A stretch of 64,000 bases of DNA. It comes from an uncultured Gammaproteobacteria bacterium. Its GTDB lineage: Bacteria; Pseudomonadota; Gammaproteobacteria; Pseudomonadales; IMCC2047. The DNA is taken from contig CALOEK010000002.1 in NCBI GenBank assembly GCA_942492345.1, positions 400,104-464,103 of the forward strand. Direction: 5' to 3'. Shown here one piece after another: positions 1-10,154 of this stretch. Position 1 is the first letter of the stretch; each line of letters starts with the position of its first letter. The notes under the pieces are model-generated. The model saw only the letters and a list, made by a program, of their open reading frames with translations. It had not been told where the DNA came from and made no database searches. The translations under genes and the position numbers were made by a program.

Positions 1-1
1 T

Positions 2-247
2 CGCTCATTCGTTATGGGGCTGCCTAGTGATGTTAATGATGAAGCTATCGTAAAAGCGATCATTGCGTTAAGTGAAAGCCTCCATTTGGATGTGATCGCA
101 GAAGGGATTGAAACAACAGCTCAGCAGCAATTTTTAGAACAGGCGGGTTGTCATCAAGGACAAGGCTATCTGAAAGGGAAGCCTATGCCGGCTGACCAGT
201 TTGAAACATTAGTGTCTAGCGGCAGGAGTGACTGTCAACGTGCATAA
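2..247 (+). CDS. EAL-domain c-di-GMP phosphodiesterase, C-terminal fragment (5' end outside window)
   Basis: Open frame from the window edge. The C-terminal EAL pattern is present: VIAEGIETTAQQQFLEQAGCHQGQGYLKGKPMP. Confidence 0.8.
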   Translation, partial: RSFVMGLPSDVNDEAIVKAIIALSESLHLDVIAEGIETTAQQQFLEQAGCHQGQGYLKGKPMPADQFETLVSSGRSDCQRA

Positions 248-258
248 TAGCTTTTACG

Positions 259-1308
259 CTATTCGTTGATATTTATGCCTAATTTGTCCGCTCGGCGGAT
301 CCACAGCTTTCGTGCAAGCTTTTGCATGTCCTCTACGCTGTCACTTTCGTCCATGATTTCTAACCCAAGCAGCGTTTCGAAAACATCTTCCAGGGTGATA
401 ATGCCCATCATATGGCCGTACTCATTCACCACGAGCATCATGTGTGCTTGCTTTCGCATAAATTCATCAAGTACCTGAGATAGCGCCATAGAATCGAGAG
501 TGACCAAAAGATCTCGACGGTATTGTTTGAGCTGATTCTGTGTATTGCCTTCGGCTTGAGCGGTCAGTAGATCACTGCGTAATACAAAGCCATGAACCTC
601 TTCAGAGTTTTTTTGGTAGAGCGGGATCCGTGAAAAATGATGCTGCTCCTGTCGCTCGAAAAAGGCGGCAATGCTGGTGTCTTCTGCGGCGGAAAATACT
701 ACGGTTCGCGGCGTCATCACATCGCTAACGTGAATGTCTCTAAGCCGTAATAAGTTCTTCATTATTTCCGACTCCTGCGGTGCCAGTTGTCCTTCTTTAA
801 GACTGAGCTCGGCCATCGCGGCGAACTCGTCACGGTTAAGACCATGCAGGTTGGGTTTGTTGGTGAGCTGCTGGGTGAGTTTTTGAGATAACTTTACAAA
901 GGGATAGAGTAGCCGAATTAGCCATTGCAGGCTGTAGGCGGTCACTGGGGCTAGCTGACGCCAGTAATGAGCACCTATTGTTTTGGGGATGATTTCTGAA
1001 AAAATAAGAATCATAAGGGTCAGGATGGCAGAGGTAATAGCCAGAGACGCGCTGCCAAAAACGACAGCGGCTTGAGCGCCAACACCAGCGGCACCGACGG
1101 TATGCGCGATGGTGTTTAGGGTTAAGATTGCGGCTAAAGGTTTGTCGATATCCTTTTTTAGCTTGCGCAGCAATGGCGCCACAGGCTTGTTCTGTTTTTT
1201 GAGAAGGGCAATATGAGCGTTTGTGACGCTGAGAATGACTGATTCCGTAATAGAGCAGAGGAAAGAAAAAACCAGTGCGGTTAGGGCATATAAGATCAGT
1301 AATAGCAT
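259..1308 (-). CDS. CNNM/DUF21 + CBS-pair membrane protein (HlyC/CorC-type transporter lacking the C-terminal CorC_HlyC domain)
   Basis: 349-aa ORF with N-terminal TM helices (DUF21-like; ITESVILSV, FSEIIPKT) followed by a CBS pair (VSDVMTPR...ITLEDVFE). Confidence 0.8.
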   Translation of the reverse strand: MLLLILYALTALVFSFLCSITESVILSVTNAHIALLKKQNKPVAPLLRKLKKDIDKPLAAILTLNTIAHTVGAAGVGAQAAVVFGSASLAITSAILTLMILIFSEIIPKTIGAHYWRQLAPVTAYSLQWLIRLLYPFVKLSQKLTQQLTNKPNLHGLNRDEFAAMAELSLKEGQLAPQESEIMKNLLRLRDIHVSDVMTPRTVVFSAAEDTSIAAFFERQEQHHFSRIPLYQKNSEEVHGFVLRSDLLTAQAEGNTQNQLKQYRRDLLVTLDSMALSQVLDEFMRKQAHMMLVVNEYGHMMGIITLEDVFETLLGLEIMDESDSVEDMQKLARKLWIRRADKLGININE

Positions 1309-1441
1309 CGCTTTTTAGTCAACCCCTTTTAGCCGATATAGAGTAATCATACGCTTTGTGGTGCTAGCGATAAATTAACGACTTGCCTATGACATTGATA
1401 GGCTTGAGAATCACAGGCTGAATCAAACAGGATTACTTGTC

Positions 1442-2440
1442 ATGCTGCCCGTTTCATTGCCACGCCAATCGTTAGGTTTTTTTCCTACGCCGTTGATCGA
1501 ATTACCTCGTTTTAGTCAATTGCTAGGCGGGCCGAAGATTCTTATGAAACGAGATGATCTTACCGGTTTGGCGCTAGGCGGCAATAAAACCCGCAAGTTG
1601 GAATTTATTCTTGCCGAAGCCTTGGCGCAGAGGGCTGAGTGCATCATCACCGCCGGTGCTGAACAATCCAACCACTGTCGTCAAACAGCCGCTGCAGCGG
1701 CGCAACTGGGGCTGGAATGCCATTTAGTCCTCGGTGGTGAAGCGCCTGCTGACGTACAGGGCAATCTATTACTTGATGAACTGCTGGGTGCACATATTCA
1801 CTGGGCTGGAGAGCATCGCAAGGGCGAAGATATTCCGGCGCTGGCAGCACAACTTAAAGCGGCTGGTAAAAAGCCTTTTCTGGTGCCCTACGGCGGCTCC
1901 AATGAGCTCGGTGCAGTTGCCTTTGTTGAGGCCTTGTGTGAACTGAAGACGCAGCTGGATGCGCAAAAAAAGTTGCTCAGTCATATTGTTTTTGCCTCCA
2001 GTTCCGGCGGCACGCAGGCCGGATTATTGGTGGCGAAGAACCTTCTCAACTGGGATGTTGAATTGGTCGGTATCAAAATAGATAAACTGGAACTTGAAGG
2101 TCAGCGCTTCGAACAATCGGTGCTTGATTTGGCTAGATCGACTGCGAAGCTGCTGGGTGTCGATGCTAAGTTTAGTTTGTCTGATGTTCAGCTCAATGCC
2201 GATTATCTCGGTGAGGGCTACGGTGTGGTTGGTGAAGCTGAGCGTGAAGCGATTCGCCTAACGGCGCAACAGGAAGGTGTTTTGCTTGATCCGGTTTATA
2301 CCGGGCGGGCCATGGCAGGGTTGATTGGCATGATTCGCCAGGGAAAGATGGGTGCGGGTGAGTCGGTCTTGTTTTGGCATACCGGTGGGGCACCAGCGTT
2401 GTTTGCGTATGGCACCGAAATTTTTGATGGTGCCTGCTAA
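1442..2440 (+). CDS. PLP-dependent D-cysteine desulfhydrase / ACC deaminase family protein
   Basis: 332 aa with the GGNKTRKLEF lysine motif and overall tryptophan-synthase-beta-like fold II pattern. TAATG overlap with the next gene. Confidence 0.8.
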   Translation: MLPVSLPRQSLGFFPTPLIELPRFSQLLGGPKILMKRDDLTGLALGGNKTRKLEFILAEALAQRAECIITAGAEQSNHCRQTAAAAAQLGLECHLVLGGEAPADVQGNLLLDELLGAHIHWAGEHRKGEDIPALAAQLKAAGKKPFLVPYGGSNELGAVAFVEALCELKTQLDAQKKLLSHIVFASSSGGTQAGLLVAKNLLNWDVELVGIKIDKLELEGQRFEQSVLDLARSTAKLLGVDAKFSLSDVQLNADYLGEGYGVVGEAEREAIRLTAQQEGVLLDPVYTGRAMAGLIGMIRQGKMGAGESVLFWHTGGAPALFAYGTEIFDGAC

Positions 2441-2769
2441 TGATCAATAAAAGCAGCAATCTCCCTGAGATAATAACGTCAACAGCTTTACCGGGTATCG
2501 ACATAACCTGCAGTAACTGCAGGGCTTGCTGTTGTCGTTTAGAGGTGATTTTGATTACGGAAACAGGCGTACCTGAACGTTATATTGATATTGATAAGTG
2601 GGGTGGCAGTGTGATGGCTCGATTAGAGGATGGCTGGTGTGTTGCTTTAGATCGAGACACCATGATGTGTACGATTTACGAAAAGCGACCGTTGGTCTGT
2701 CGTGAATTTGAAGAAGGCGAATACGAGTGTATTGTTGAACGCGAAGCTCATTTGCCAGCCACAAAATAA
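2440..2769 (+). CDS. YkgJ-family (UPF0153) cysteine-cluster protein
   Basis: 109 aa with CSNCRACCC near the N-terminus and the C..IYE.RP.VCR.F motif typical of the family. Confidence 0.7.
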   Translation: MINKSSNLPEIITSTALPGIDITCSNCRACCCRLEVILITETGVPERYIDIDKWGGSVMARLEDGWCVALDRDTMMCTIYEKRPLVCREFEEGEYECIVEREAHLPATK

Positions 2770-2921
2770 AAATCTCCATATTTCGAGAGCTTTTCACGAG
2801 GCGGAATTTTTTCTGGCAAGGCGAAAGCGCACGGTGAGAGGGAGTTTATGTTTATAAATGACCGATTGAGTACGTTTTAAACACCGCTAGGAAGCAAAAG
2901 AACAATTGTGTAACGTTCTCT

Positions 2922-3689
2922 CTATTGCTCTGGTCGCGTAAACACCCACTCATTCTCCGACGATTTACTGGCTTCAAATTGATAGCCAGCTACATTAAAG
3001 TCTTTTAACGTGTCGGCGTTATCAATTTGGTTGTCGATCATATAACGCACCATTAGGCCGCGCGCCTTTTTAGCGTAGAAGCTGATAATTTTCTGTACGC
3101 CGTTTTTAGTGTCCTTGAAAACGGGGGTGATGATGCGGGCGTTGAGCTTCTTTGGCTGAACAGATTTAAAGTATTCGTTGGACGCCAGATTTATTAATAC
3201 GTCATTTTGTGCCAGTTCATTGTTGAGCGAATCGGTGATTTTATCCCCCCAAAATTGATACAAATCTTTGCCGCGAGCGTTGCTGAGTTTGGTGCCCATT
3301 TCCAGCCGGTAGGGCTGAATTAAGTCCAGTGGTTTTACAAGACCGTATAGACCGGACAATATGCGCAAATGTTGTTGTGCGTAGTCGTCTTGTTGCGGTG
3401 AAAGCGTTTCTGCGTCTAAGCCGGTGTAGACATCGCCTTTGAAGGCTAATAAAGCCTGTTTGGCGTTCTCTGGTGTGAAAGGCAAAGACCATGTTTCGTA
3501 ACGAGTGCTGTTGAGTACCGCTAATTTGTCGCTGATTTTCATGAGCTTGGCGATGTCAGCCGGTGCTAGTTCGCGCATGCGCTCGACTAATACCTGAGCG
3601 TCCTCTAGAAACTTTGGTGTACTGGCAATGTTGGTGCGAGCAGGTGTTTCAAAGTCGAGGGTTTTGGCGGGAGAGATGACAACAAGCAT
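2922..3689 (-). CDS. yaaA: peroxide stress protein YaaA (UPF0246)
   Basis: 255 aa with the characteristic N-terminus [14 protein letters not shown], full length. Confidence 0.9.
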   Translation of the reverse strand: MLVVISPAKTLDFETPARTNIASTPKFLEDAQVLVERMRELAPADIAKLMKISDKLAVLNSTRYETWSLPFTPENAKQALLAFKGDVYTGLDAETLSPQQDDYAQQHLRILSGLYGLVKPLDLIQPYRLEMGTKLSNARGKDLYQFWGDKITDSLNNELAQNDVLINLASNEYFKSVQPKKLNARIITPVFKDTKNGVQKIISFYAKKARGLMVRYMIDNQIDNADTLKDFNVAGYQFEASKSSENEWVFTRPEQ

Positions 3690-3863
3690 GATGATTCCAG
3701 TGACGATTCAGGTTAAGGCGGATATTCTAGCGTAAAACGATGGCGGGTTAATATATTAACTCTCTGTCGTGCCCGGCTAGATACGGCATCCGGTAATGTA
3801 GTAAAGATTTGGATTCCGGCCTACGCTGGAATGACGACTGTTTTGATGTATGGGGGTAATTGA

Positions 3864-4184
3864 ATGTATCAAATTGTTTTTTATGTGCCGACCTCTCATC
3901 TTGAGTCGGTAAAAGAGGCGTTATTCAAAGCGGGTGCAGGTAAGGTTGGTGATTATGATAGCTGTGCCTGGCAAACCCTAGGGGAGGGGCAGTTTCGGCC
4001 GCTTGCGGGCAGTAAGCCCTATATTGGTCAGACTGGTAAAGTTGAGCGTGTGGATGAATACCGGGTGGAGCTGGTATGTGAAGAAACAGTTTTGAAAGCG
4101 GCGGTTGCAGCGATGATGACGGCTCATCCCTATGAGGAGCCGGCCTATTCGGTGTGGTCGTTACTTGATGTCGAAGAGCTATAG
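3864..4184 (+). CDS. YqfO / Nif3-associated small alpha-beta protein
   Basis: 106 aa. The pattern YQIVFYVPTSHLESVKEALFKAGAG..G.Y..C...LGEGQFRP...S.P.IG matches the YqfO-type domain. Confidence 0.6.
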   Translation: MYQIVFYVPTSHLESVKEALFKAGAGKVGDYDSCAWQTLGEGQFRPLAGSKPYIGQTGKVERVDEYRVELVCEETVLKAAVAAMMTAHPYEEPAYSVWSLLDVEEL

Positions 4185-4197
4185 CGGCGTATAGACG

Positions 4198-4755
4198 TTA
4201 ATTCCCAGACTTGGGGAAGCGGCGGTGTTGAGTGATATCCAACATACGTTGTGGGAACTCCCCTTTTTTTACATCGTGATAATACAGTTCCAGCGTCTTG
4301 CGCATCACTTCAAAGGCGAGATCATTCCAGGGAATTTCGTGTTCTTCAAATAGTTCGGTTTCCAGAGATTCAGTGCCGGGGCCAAAATTAAGGTTGTTTA
4401 ATTCGCCACGAAAAATCATGTAAACCTGATTAATTTTTGGCAAGTTGAAGATGGCGTACAGGCCTTCGGACTCTACTTCAGCTAACGCTTCTTCCCAGGT
4501 TTCGCGCAATGCAGCTTGTAGTGTTGTTTCACCGTTTTCCATAAAGCCTGCGGGTAGAGTCCATAAACCATAGCGTGGTTCGATGGCGCGTTTGCATAAT
4601 AAAACTTTGCCCTTATAGGTGGGTAGACAGCCCGCTATGATGCGTGGATTTTGGTAGTGAATGGCGCCGCAGCTGTCGCAGACATAACGAGGACGGTCAT
4701 CGCCTTCTGGAATACGGTGCGTCACGGGTTGTCCACAGTCACTACAATAATTCAT
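4198..4755 (-). CDS. NUDIX hydrolase with N-terminal zinc ribbon
   Basis: The start is trimmed to the internal ATG (MNYCSDCG...). It has a CxxC...CxxC ribbon and then the Nudix box G.MENGETTLQAALRETWEEA. The upstream part of the 260-aa ORF has no homologous look and runs into the divergent gene. Confidence 0.8.
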   Translation of the reverse strand: MNYCSDCGQPVTHRIPEGDDRPRYVCDSCGAIHYQNPRIIAGCLPTYKGKVLLCKRAIEPRYGLWTLPAGFMENGETTLQAALRETWEEALAEVESEGLYAIFNLPKINQVYMIFRGELNNLNFGPGTESLETELFEEHEIPWNDLAFEVMRKTLELYYHDVKKGEFPQRMLDITQHRRFPKSGN

Positions 4756-4869
4756 TTTCGCCGGGCCCTGATTGTTTGAGGATTGCTTTAAATCAAATTC
4801 CAATGGGTAATTAAAGCATAAACTTTGCGCCTTAATAACAGGTTTGCTTTTTATTGTTTGGAGTTTGAT

Positions 4870-5058
4870 GTGGCTGGTAATGATTCGGCAGTGGCTTCGC
4901 CCTGTGTGGGTATGTGTGATGTATTCCAAGGTGTTTGCATGGGGTGTTTTCGTGATATCCATGAAATCAGTGATTGGCATGACATGACTAATGAAAAGCG
5001 ATTGGCGGTGTTGGCCGAGCTTGAAGGGCGGCGCAAAGAGATGGCAGCATCGAGTTAA
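4870..5058 (+). CDS. DUF1289 (YdhL-like) small Cys-rich protein, copy 1
   Basis: ASPCVGMC....VCMGCFRDIHEISDWH motif. GTG start at 4870 preceded by GGAG at 4859-4862. Confidence 0.7.
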   Translation: MAGNDSAVASPCVGMCDVFQGVCMGCFRDIHEISDWHDMTNEKRLAVLAELEGRRKEMAASS

Positions 5059-5109
5059 AAATAGGGTAAACTGCTCGCCATTATTATGGATTAATTATCG
5101 GAGTGTAGT

Positions 5110-5307
5110 TTGTCAGAGTCGGGTTCAAAAGTAGCTTCACCCTGCGTAAGTTTATGTTGTCTGGACGAGGACGACGTGTGTATGGGGTGTTTTCGACATA
5201 TTGATGAGATCACTGGCTGGCATGGTATGAATGATGATCAAAGGCGTGAGTTGCTGGCTTTGCTTGAACAGCGACGTGAGCTGGCCGGGCCACCAAAATA
5301 TCGTTAA
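5110..5307 (+). CDS. DUF1289 (YdhL-like) small Cys-rich protein, copy 2
   Basis: ASPCVSLC...DVCMGCFRHIDEITGWH motif. TTG start with GGAG upstream. Paralogue of the preceding gene. Confidence 0.7.
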   Translation: MSESGSKVASPCVSLCCLDEDDVCMGCFRHIDEITGWHGMNDDQRRELLALLEQRRELAGPPKYR

Positions 5308-5309
5308 AT

Positions 5310-5356
5310 AAAACCATAAAAAAGGGGAGCATAATGCTCCCCTTTTTTATGGTTTT
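5310..5356. terminator. bidirectional intrinsic terminator (about 23-bp perfect palindrome with A/T runs on both sides)
   Basis: aaaaccataaaaaaggggagca-taa-tgctccccttttttatggtttt, lying between the convergent DUF1289 and Yip1 genes. Confidence 0.85.
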
Positions 5357-5367
5357 ATTTTATGTGG

Positions 5368-5973
5368 TCAGCTGATGAATACAGGTTCAAAACCCATTAC
5401 CCAGACAATAACCATTCCGATGAGAAGTACTACGGCCAACACCAGGCCAATGGCTAAAATGGCGCTGGAGAACATCACACCACGTTCCTTGGGTATTTGG
5501 AAAAATATTGGAACGCCTGCATAGAGTAAATAGGCCGAGTAGCTGCTGGCGACAATCATGGTGAGCAGGATCATCCAGATGGTTGGGTAAACGGCAAATA
5601 CGCTAAATACTAGCAAGGGCATCACTATGTAGGTGGCCATGGCCAAGCCGCTGAGACTTTTTTTACATAGATCCGTGTAGGTTTCGCGCATCCAGTCGAT
5701 GGCGCGACCCAGTACATAGATTTCCGCAATAATCGCTATGTAAAGGAGAATGCATAGAGAGATAGTGCTGCCGATAGTCATTCGGGTGGTATCACCATCA
5801 CCAATTCGCCAGCCTGTCATGGTGGAGCCGATATAAATCGCAACAGGAGGAATGGCAGCGAGAATAAGAATATAGGTGATATACAGGGTAGGTCGATCAG
5901 CCTGCTCTTTTTGGATGAGCTGAAATTCTTCTCGAGGGTGGGCGAATAGGCCCCAGACATGACTCAGTAACAC
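5368..5973 (-). CDS. Yip1-family integral membrane protein
   Basis: Multi-TM protein. I chose the GTG start because GAAGGAG lies 7 nt upstream. The upstream part of the 232-aa ORF looks non-coding. Confidence 0.65.
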   Translation of the reverse strand: MLLSHVWGLFAHPREEFQLIQKEQADRPTLYITYILILAAIPPVAIYIGSTMTGWRIGDGDTTRMTIGSTISLCILLYIAIIAEIYVLGRAIDWMRETYTDLCKKSLSGLAMATYIVMPLLVFSVFAVYPTIWMILLTMIVASSYSAYLLYAGVPIFFQIPKERGVMFSSAILAIGLVLAVVLLIGMVIVWVMGFEPVFIS

Positions 5974-6148
5974 GGCAATACTCCTTCGTCTAGTTCTGGC
6001 CCAGCAGAGCTGAGCCGGGAAAATCTGACAAGCTGTAAAGCGTTTCGAGCTAGGCCAAAAATCCATGGCCGTGACTTATATATGCCGTAAATGAGGGTGC
6101 TCTGTCAACTATTTGAAAAGGTTTTACTGCCGCAAGATTTATTATTAA

Positions 6149-7441
6149 TCAATTACCAGGATCAAGTGCGGCAGATTTTTTTTGACTGTCCATCGCTGTG
6201 ACGCGAGCGGTTTTGACAATATTGTCTTTGGTTTGCAGGGTTTCAATATAAAAGCTACCGATTTTGAAAGCGACACTGGCGTCGGGGATGGATTCCAGTG
6301 ATTCCATAATTAGCCCGTTAAGGGTTTTTGGGCCTTCGGTGGGTAAGTCCCAATCAAGAATTTTATTCAGATCGCGAATGCTGGCGCTACCGTCAATGAT
6401 AAAGGAGCCGTCTTCTTGGGGGTGGATGTCCTTGCTGTTGGCGGCGGCATCGGTAGTGAACTCGCCAACAATTTCCTCAAGAATGTCTTCCAAGGTGGCG
6501 ATGCCCTGTATGTCGCCATATTCATTAACCACTAAGCCAATGCGGCGTTTTTCATGTTGGAAATTCAGTAGCTGAGTATTTAGAGGGGTACTTTTCGGGA
6601 TGAAGTAGGGTTCGCGTGTGGTTTGCAATAGTGCCGCTTTGGTTAGCTCATTTTCAGTCAAAAAGCGTGCCGCATTACGTAAATGTAAGATGCCGCAGAT
6701 GTTGTTGATGTCTGAGGTGTAAACCGGCATACGAGTGTGCTGGCTGGTACGAATTTGCTCAATAATTTCATCCATGTCGTCGTCAAGGTCAATGCCGGTG
6801 ACCTCGTTACGCGGAATCATTATGTCTTCTACGGTGACTTTTTCCAGATCGAGAATGCTCAGTAGCATGCTTTGGTGGCGATCCGGAATCAGTGCGCCTG
6901 CTTCATGCACGATGGTGCGTAGTTCATCTTGGGTGACATGGTCAATTGTTTCCTCATCCATGCGCACCCCAAATAGGCCAAGCAAGCGATTGGCGATAGC
7001 GTTAACCAGCCAGACTAACGGATAAAATAGATACATCAGTGGTTTTAGCAGGAATGAGGCGGGGAAGGCGATGCGTTCAGGGTGGAGGGCAGCCAGAGTT
7101 TTCGGGGTGACCTCTGAAAAAATCAGGATCACCAGGGTTAATAGCGCTGTGGCAACAAATACTCCGGCGGTACCCCATAGGCGAATAGCAATGATTGTGG
7201 CCAGTGATGAGGCGGCAATGTTGACCAGGTTGTTGCCGATCAAAATGAGGCCGATTAGGCGGTCTGGGCGTTTCAGCAGGCTGCTCGCCATTATAGCGCC
7301 GCGATGCCCATCTTTAACGAGGTGTTTAAGTCGATAGCGGTTGAGCGCCATCATGCTTGTCTCGGAGCTGGAAAAAAAGCCGGAGAGGATAATCAGTAGC
7401 AGCAGTACTGAGAACAGTATGCTGAGAGGTATGTCGTCCAA
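6149..7441 (-). CDS. yfjD: HlyC/CorC-family transporter (DUF21-CBS-CorC_HlyC), YfjD-like
   Basis: 430 aa with a DUF21 TM region, a CBS pair and a C-terminal transporter-associated domain. The position next to ypjD and ffh matches E. coli. Confidence 0.8.
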   Translation of the reverse strand: MDDIPLSILFSVLLLLIILSGFFSSSETSMMALNRYRLKHLVKDGHRGAIMASSLLKRPDRLIGLILIGNNLVNIAASSLATIIAIRLWGTAGVFVATALLTLVILIFSEVTPKTLAALHPERIAFPASFLLKPLMYLFYPLVWLVNAIANRLLGLFGVRMDEETIDHVTQDELRTIVHEAGALIPDRHQSMLLSILDLEKVTVEDIMIPRNEVTGIDLDDDMDEIIEQIRTSQHTRMPVYTSDINNICGILHLRNAARFLTENELTKAALLQTTREPYFIPKSTPLNTQLLNFQHEKRRIGLVVNEYGDIQGIATLEDILEEIVGEFTTDAAANSKDIHPQEDGSFIIDGSASIRDLNKILDWDLPTEGPKTLNGLIMESLESIPDASVAFKIGSFYIETLQTKDNIVKTARVTAMDSQKKSAALDPGN

Positions 7442-7534
7442 GAAAAGGGTGACCGATTTTTATTAGGGAGGGTAGTTTTATGCTGACGGTGAAGAATGTC
7501 AAGCACTGGTCTGCTTAGGTTGTTGGTCGCAATC

Positions 7535-8341
7535 CTAGTTGAGTATGACTTCCAGTACGAGTTTGGAGCCAAAGAATGCCAGCATTAATAGTACATAGCC
7601 TCCGCCGGTCCATCTGATAGCGGTTGTGCCGCGCCAGCCAAGTAGGTGGCGGCCAGCTAACAATGTAGTGAAAAGGCACCAGGCAGTAATCGACAAAATT
7701 GTTTTGTGAACCAAGTGTTGGGCAAACATATCTTCAATAAAAAAGATGCCGGTAAGAATGGCAATGCTTAATAACACCACGCCGATCCAAATTAGCTCGA
7801 ACAAAAGCTGCTCCATAACCTGTAGCGCGGGTAGCTGCATGATCAGGCCGTTGGTTTTATGGTGGCGCAGGTGATGGTCCTGGAGTGCCAGCAGTGCCGC
7901 TTGTATTGCCGCGATAGTGAGGACGCTGTATGCAAAAATGGAGAGTAGTATGTGGCTGGTCAGGTGTGGTGTTAATTGCTGAAAGGTTTTGTCTGTTTCA
8001 CTGTTGAAGGCCATCAAAAGCGTTGCAGTAAGGCCCATTGCCGCAATCGGATAAACACCAATAAACAGGTTTTGCAGGGGTTTACGGATGCCGCTCAAAG
8101 TAATTAATACCGCCATTATCCAGCCAATGAGTGAGGCAATACCGTAAAATCCCAAGTGTAGCCCCGTATCATGGTAGAGCGTGCCGTTAAAGCTGACTAT
8201 ATGGCAGATCAGTGCCGCAGCGCCAAGCAGCAAGACTTTGTTTCTGTTGGATTTGTAGCGGCCTTTAAGTGAAAAGTATTGTAGAATTGCGCCGCCAAGG
8301 TAAAAGGCGATGGCAATGATTCCGAAAATTGTGGCTGTCAT
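7535..8341 (-). CDS. ypjD: cytochrome c assembly (CcsA-like) family inner-membrane protein YpjD
   Basis: 268-aa polytopic membrane protein, divergent from ffh as in enterics and pseudomonads. Confidence 0.8.
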   Translation of the reverse strand: MTATIFGIIAIAFYLGGAILQYFSLKGRYKSNRNKVLLLGAAALICHIVSFNGTLYHDTGLHLGFYGIASLIGWIMAVLITLSGIRKPLQNLFIGVYPIAAMGLTATLLMAFNSETDKTFQQLTPHLTSHILLSIFAYSVLTIAAIQAALLALQDHHLRHHKTNGLIMQLPALQVMEQLLFELIWIGVVLLSIAILTGIFFIEDMFAQHLVHKTILSITAWCLFTTLLAGRHLLGWRGTTAIRWTGGGYVLLMLAFFGSKLVLEVILN

Positions 8342-8493
8342 GGGGTTTGAGGGGTATCAACTCCGCTGCGGTAGGATTACTTTTCTTGGCTGTGTTTAAG
8401 GTAACGAATTTATTGTATTTCCTGCTAAAATTCCACATTCGATCGATTTAATTAATGTTTTAATGTTAATCAGCTTACAGACGGTGTTAAGAA

Positions 8494-9861
8494 ATGTTTG
8501 ATAATTTGACCAATCGCCTTACCGGCGCGATGCGCAAGGTAAGTGGCAAGGCGAAACTCAGTGATGACAATATTAAAAGTACCCTGCGTGATGTGCGCAA
8601 GGCGTTGCTTGAGGCCGATGTAGCTCTGCCTGTTGTTAAAGCCTTCATTGAGCAGGTTAGAAAACGCGCAGTCGGCCAAGAGGTTAAGCGTAGTTTGAGT
8701 CCTGGCCAGGCGTTACTCAAGGTCGTACAAAGCGAGCTTGAAAGCGTGATGGGGGAAAGTAGTGAAGGTTTAAATCTTTCTGCTCAGCCGCCTGCGGTGA
8801 TTTTAGTGGCTGGTTTGCAGGGGGCCGGTAAAACGACGTCTGTTGGTAAACTGGCGCGTTTGCTGAGAGAGCGTCACGGTAAAAAGGTGACGGTTGCCAG
8901 TGCTGATGTCTACCGTCCGGCGGCAATCAAGCAGCTGGAAACACTGGCTGGTGAAGTGGATGTAGATTTTTTCCCTAGCAGCGCCGACGAAAACCCTATT
9001 GATATTGCTAATAAAGCAATCGAACATGCGCGACTGAAATACTCCGATGTGCTGATTCTCGATACCGCGGGTCGTTTGCACGTCGATGAAGGCATGATGG
9101 ATGAGATTAAGATGCTGCACGCAGCGATCAATCCTATCGAAACGCTGTTCGTGGTTGATGCTATGACGGGTCAGGATGCCGCCAATACGGCTAAAGCGTT
9201 CAACGATGCGCTGCCACTGACCGGTGTTATTTTAACCAAAGCCGATGGTGATTCAAGAGGTGGTGCTGCGTTGTCGGTACGCCACATCACCGGCAAGCCC
9301 ATTAAATTTATGGGTATGGGTGAAAAGACCGATGCTCTGGAACCCTTTCACCCGGATCGTGTTGCGTCACGTATTCTGGATATGGGTGATGTGCTTAGCC
9401 TGATTGAAGAAGCTGAGCGTAAGATCGATAAAGATAAAGCCGAAAAATTTGCTGACAAGGTCAAAAAGGGTAAGAAATTTGATTTGGCAGATTTCCGCGA
9501 TCAATTGCAGCAAATGCAAAATATGGGTGGTTTGTCGGGCGTGATGAGTAAATTGCCCGGTATGTCGCAAATGCAAAATGCCGCCGCTGAGCAGATGGGT
9601 GAAAAAACACTCAAGCAAATGGATGCCATGATTGGCTCAATGACACCTAAAGAACGTCGTAATCCTGATTTAATTGATAACTCGCGTAAACGTCGTATTA
9701 CCGCTGGTTCGGGTACAGAAATTCAGGATATCAATCGTCTGCTGAAGCAACATAAGCAGATGCAAAAAATGATGAAGAAAATGACCAAAAAGGGCGGTAT
9801 GGCCAACATGATGCGTGGCATGGGGAATATGATGCCGCCGGGTGGCATGCCTCCTCGCTAG
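8494..9861 (+). CDS. ffh: signal recognition particle protein Ffh
   Basis: 455 aa with GLQGAGKTT, DTAGR and TKADGD GTPase motifs and a Met-rich M domain tail. Confidence 0.97.
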   Translation: MFDNLTNRLTGAMRKVSGKAKLSDDNIKSTLRDVRKALLEADVALPVVKAFIEQVRKRAVGQEVKRSLSPGQALLKVVQSELESVMGESSEGLNLSAQPPAVILVAGLQGAGKTTSVGKLARLLRERHGKKVTVASADVYRPAAIKQLETLAGEVDVDFFPSSADENPIDIANKAIEHARLKYSDVLILDTAGRLHVDEGMMDEIKMLHAAINPIETLFVVDAMTGQDAANTAKAFNDALPLTGVILTKADGDSRGGAALSVRHITGKPIKFMGMGEKTDALEPFHPDRVASRILDMGDVLSLIEEAERKIDKDKAEKFADKVKKGKKFDLADFRDQLQQMQNMGGLSGVMSKLPGMSQMQNAAAEQMGEKTLKQMDAMIGSMTPKERRNPDLIDNSRKRRITAGSGTEIQDINRLLKQHKQMQKMMKKMTKKGGMANMMRGMGNMMPPGGMPPR

Positions 9862-10011
9862 GTTTTTCCGTGAGATCTACGGCGTTAAAGTCTTTGCTAA
9901 TACTGCCGTATTAGCCCCAGCCTGTGCCTTGTATCTCATCCCGTAAAAAGCCCAGCGAAGTTATCCAGAGGATTTTTCTTCCTGGCGTGAAAATCCCTGA
10001 GAAATGAGGGT

Positions 10012-10040
10012 TTCACATTGCTTTAGATTTGGCGTAGAAT
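10012..10040 (+). promoter_or_regulatory. putative sigma-70 promoter of the rpsP-rimM-trmD-rplS operon
   Basis: TTCACA, 17 nt, TAGAAT. This lies about 115 nt upstream of the rpsP ATG, and the leader contains small hairpins. Confidence 0.5.
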
Positions 10041-10154
10041 ACGCGCCTTTTTACCGTCGATAGGCTTAACGGCTCAATTGGCACACGAAAGGAACCGTTT
10101 TTGGTTCGACTAACCGTGGGTGATTTCAAAACCCACCTGGATTAAGGAAACGAT

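Noticed and set aside
3813-3832. REP-like hairpin attccggc-ctac-gctggaat in the yaaA/yqfO-like divergent region.
   Set aside because: There is a single copy in this window, the stem includes a G-U pair, and I cannot establish membership of a repeat family without a genome-wide search.
4756-4980. N-terminal 75-aa extension of the NUDIX ORF (MPITDFMDIT...).
   Set aside because: It has no Nudix-family counterpart and overlaps the divergent DUF1289 gene and its SD. The internal ATG gives the normal zinc-ribbon N-terminus.
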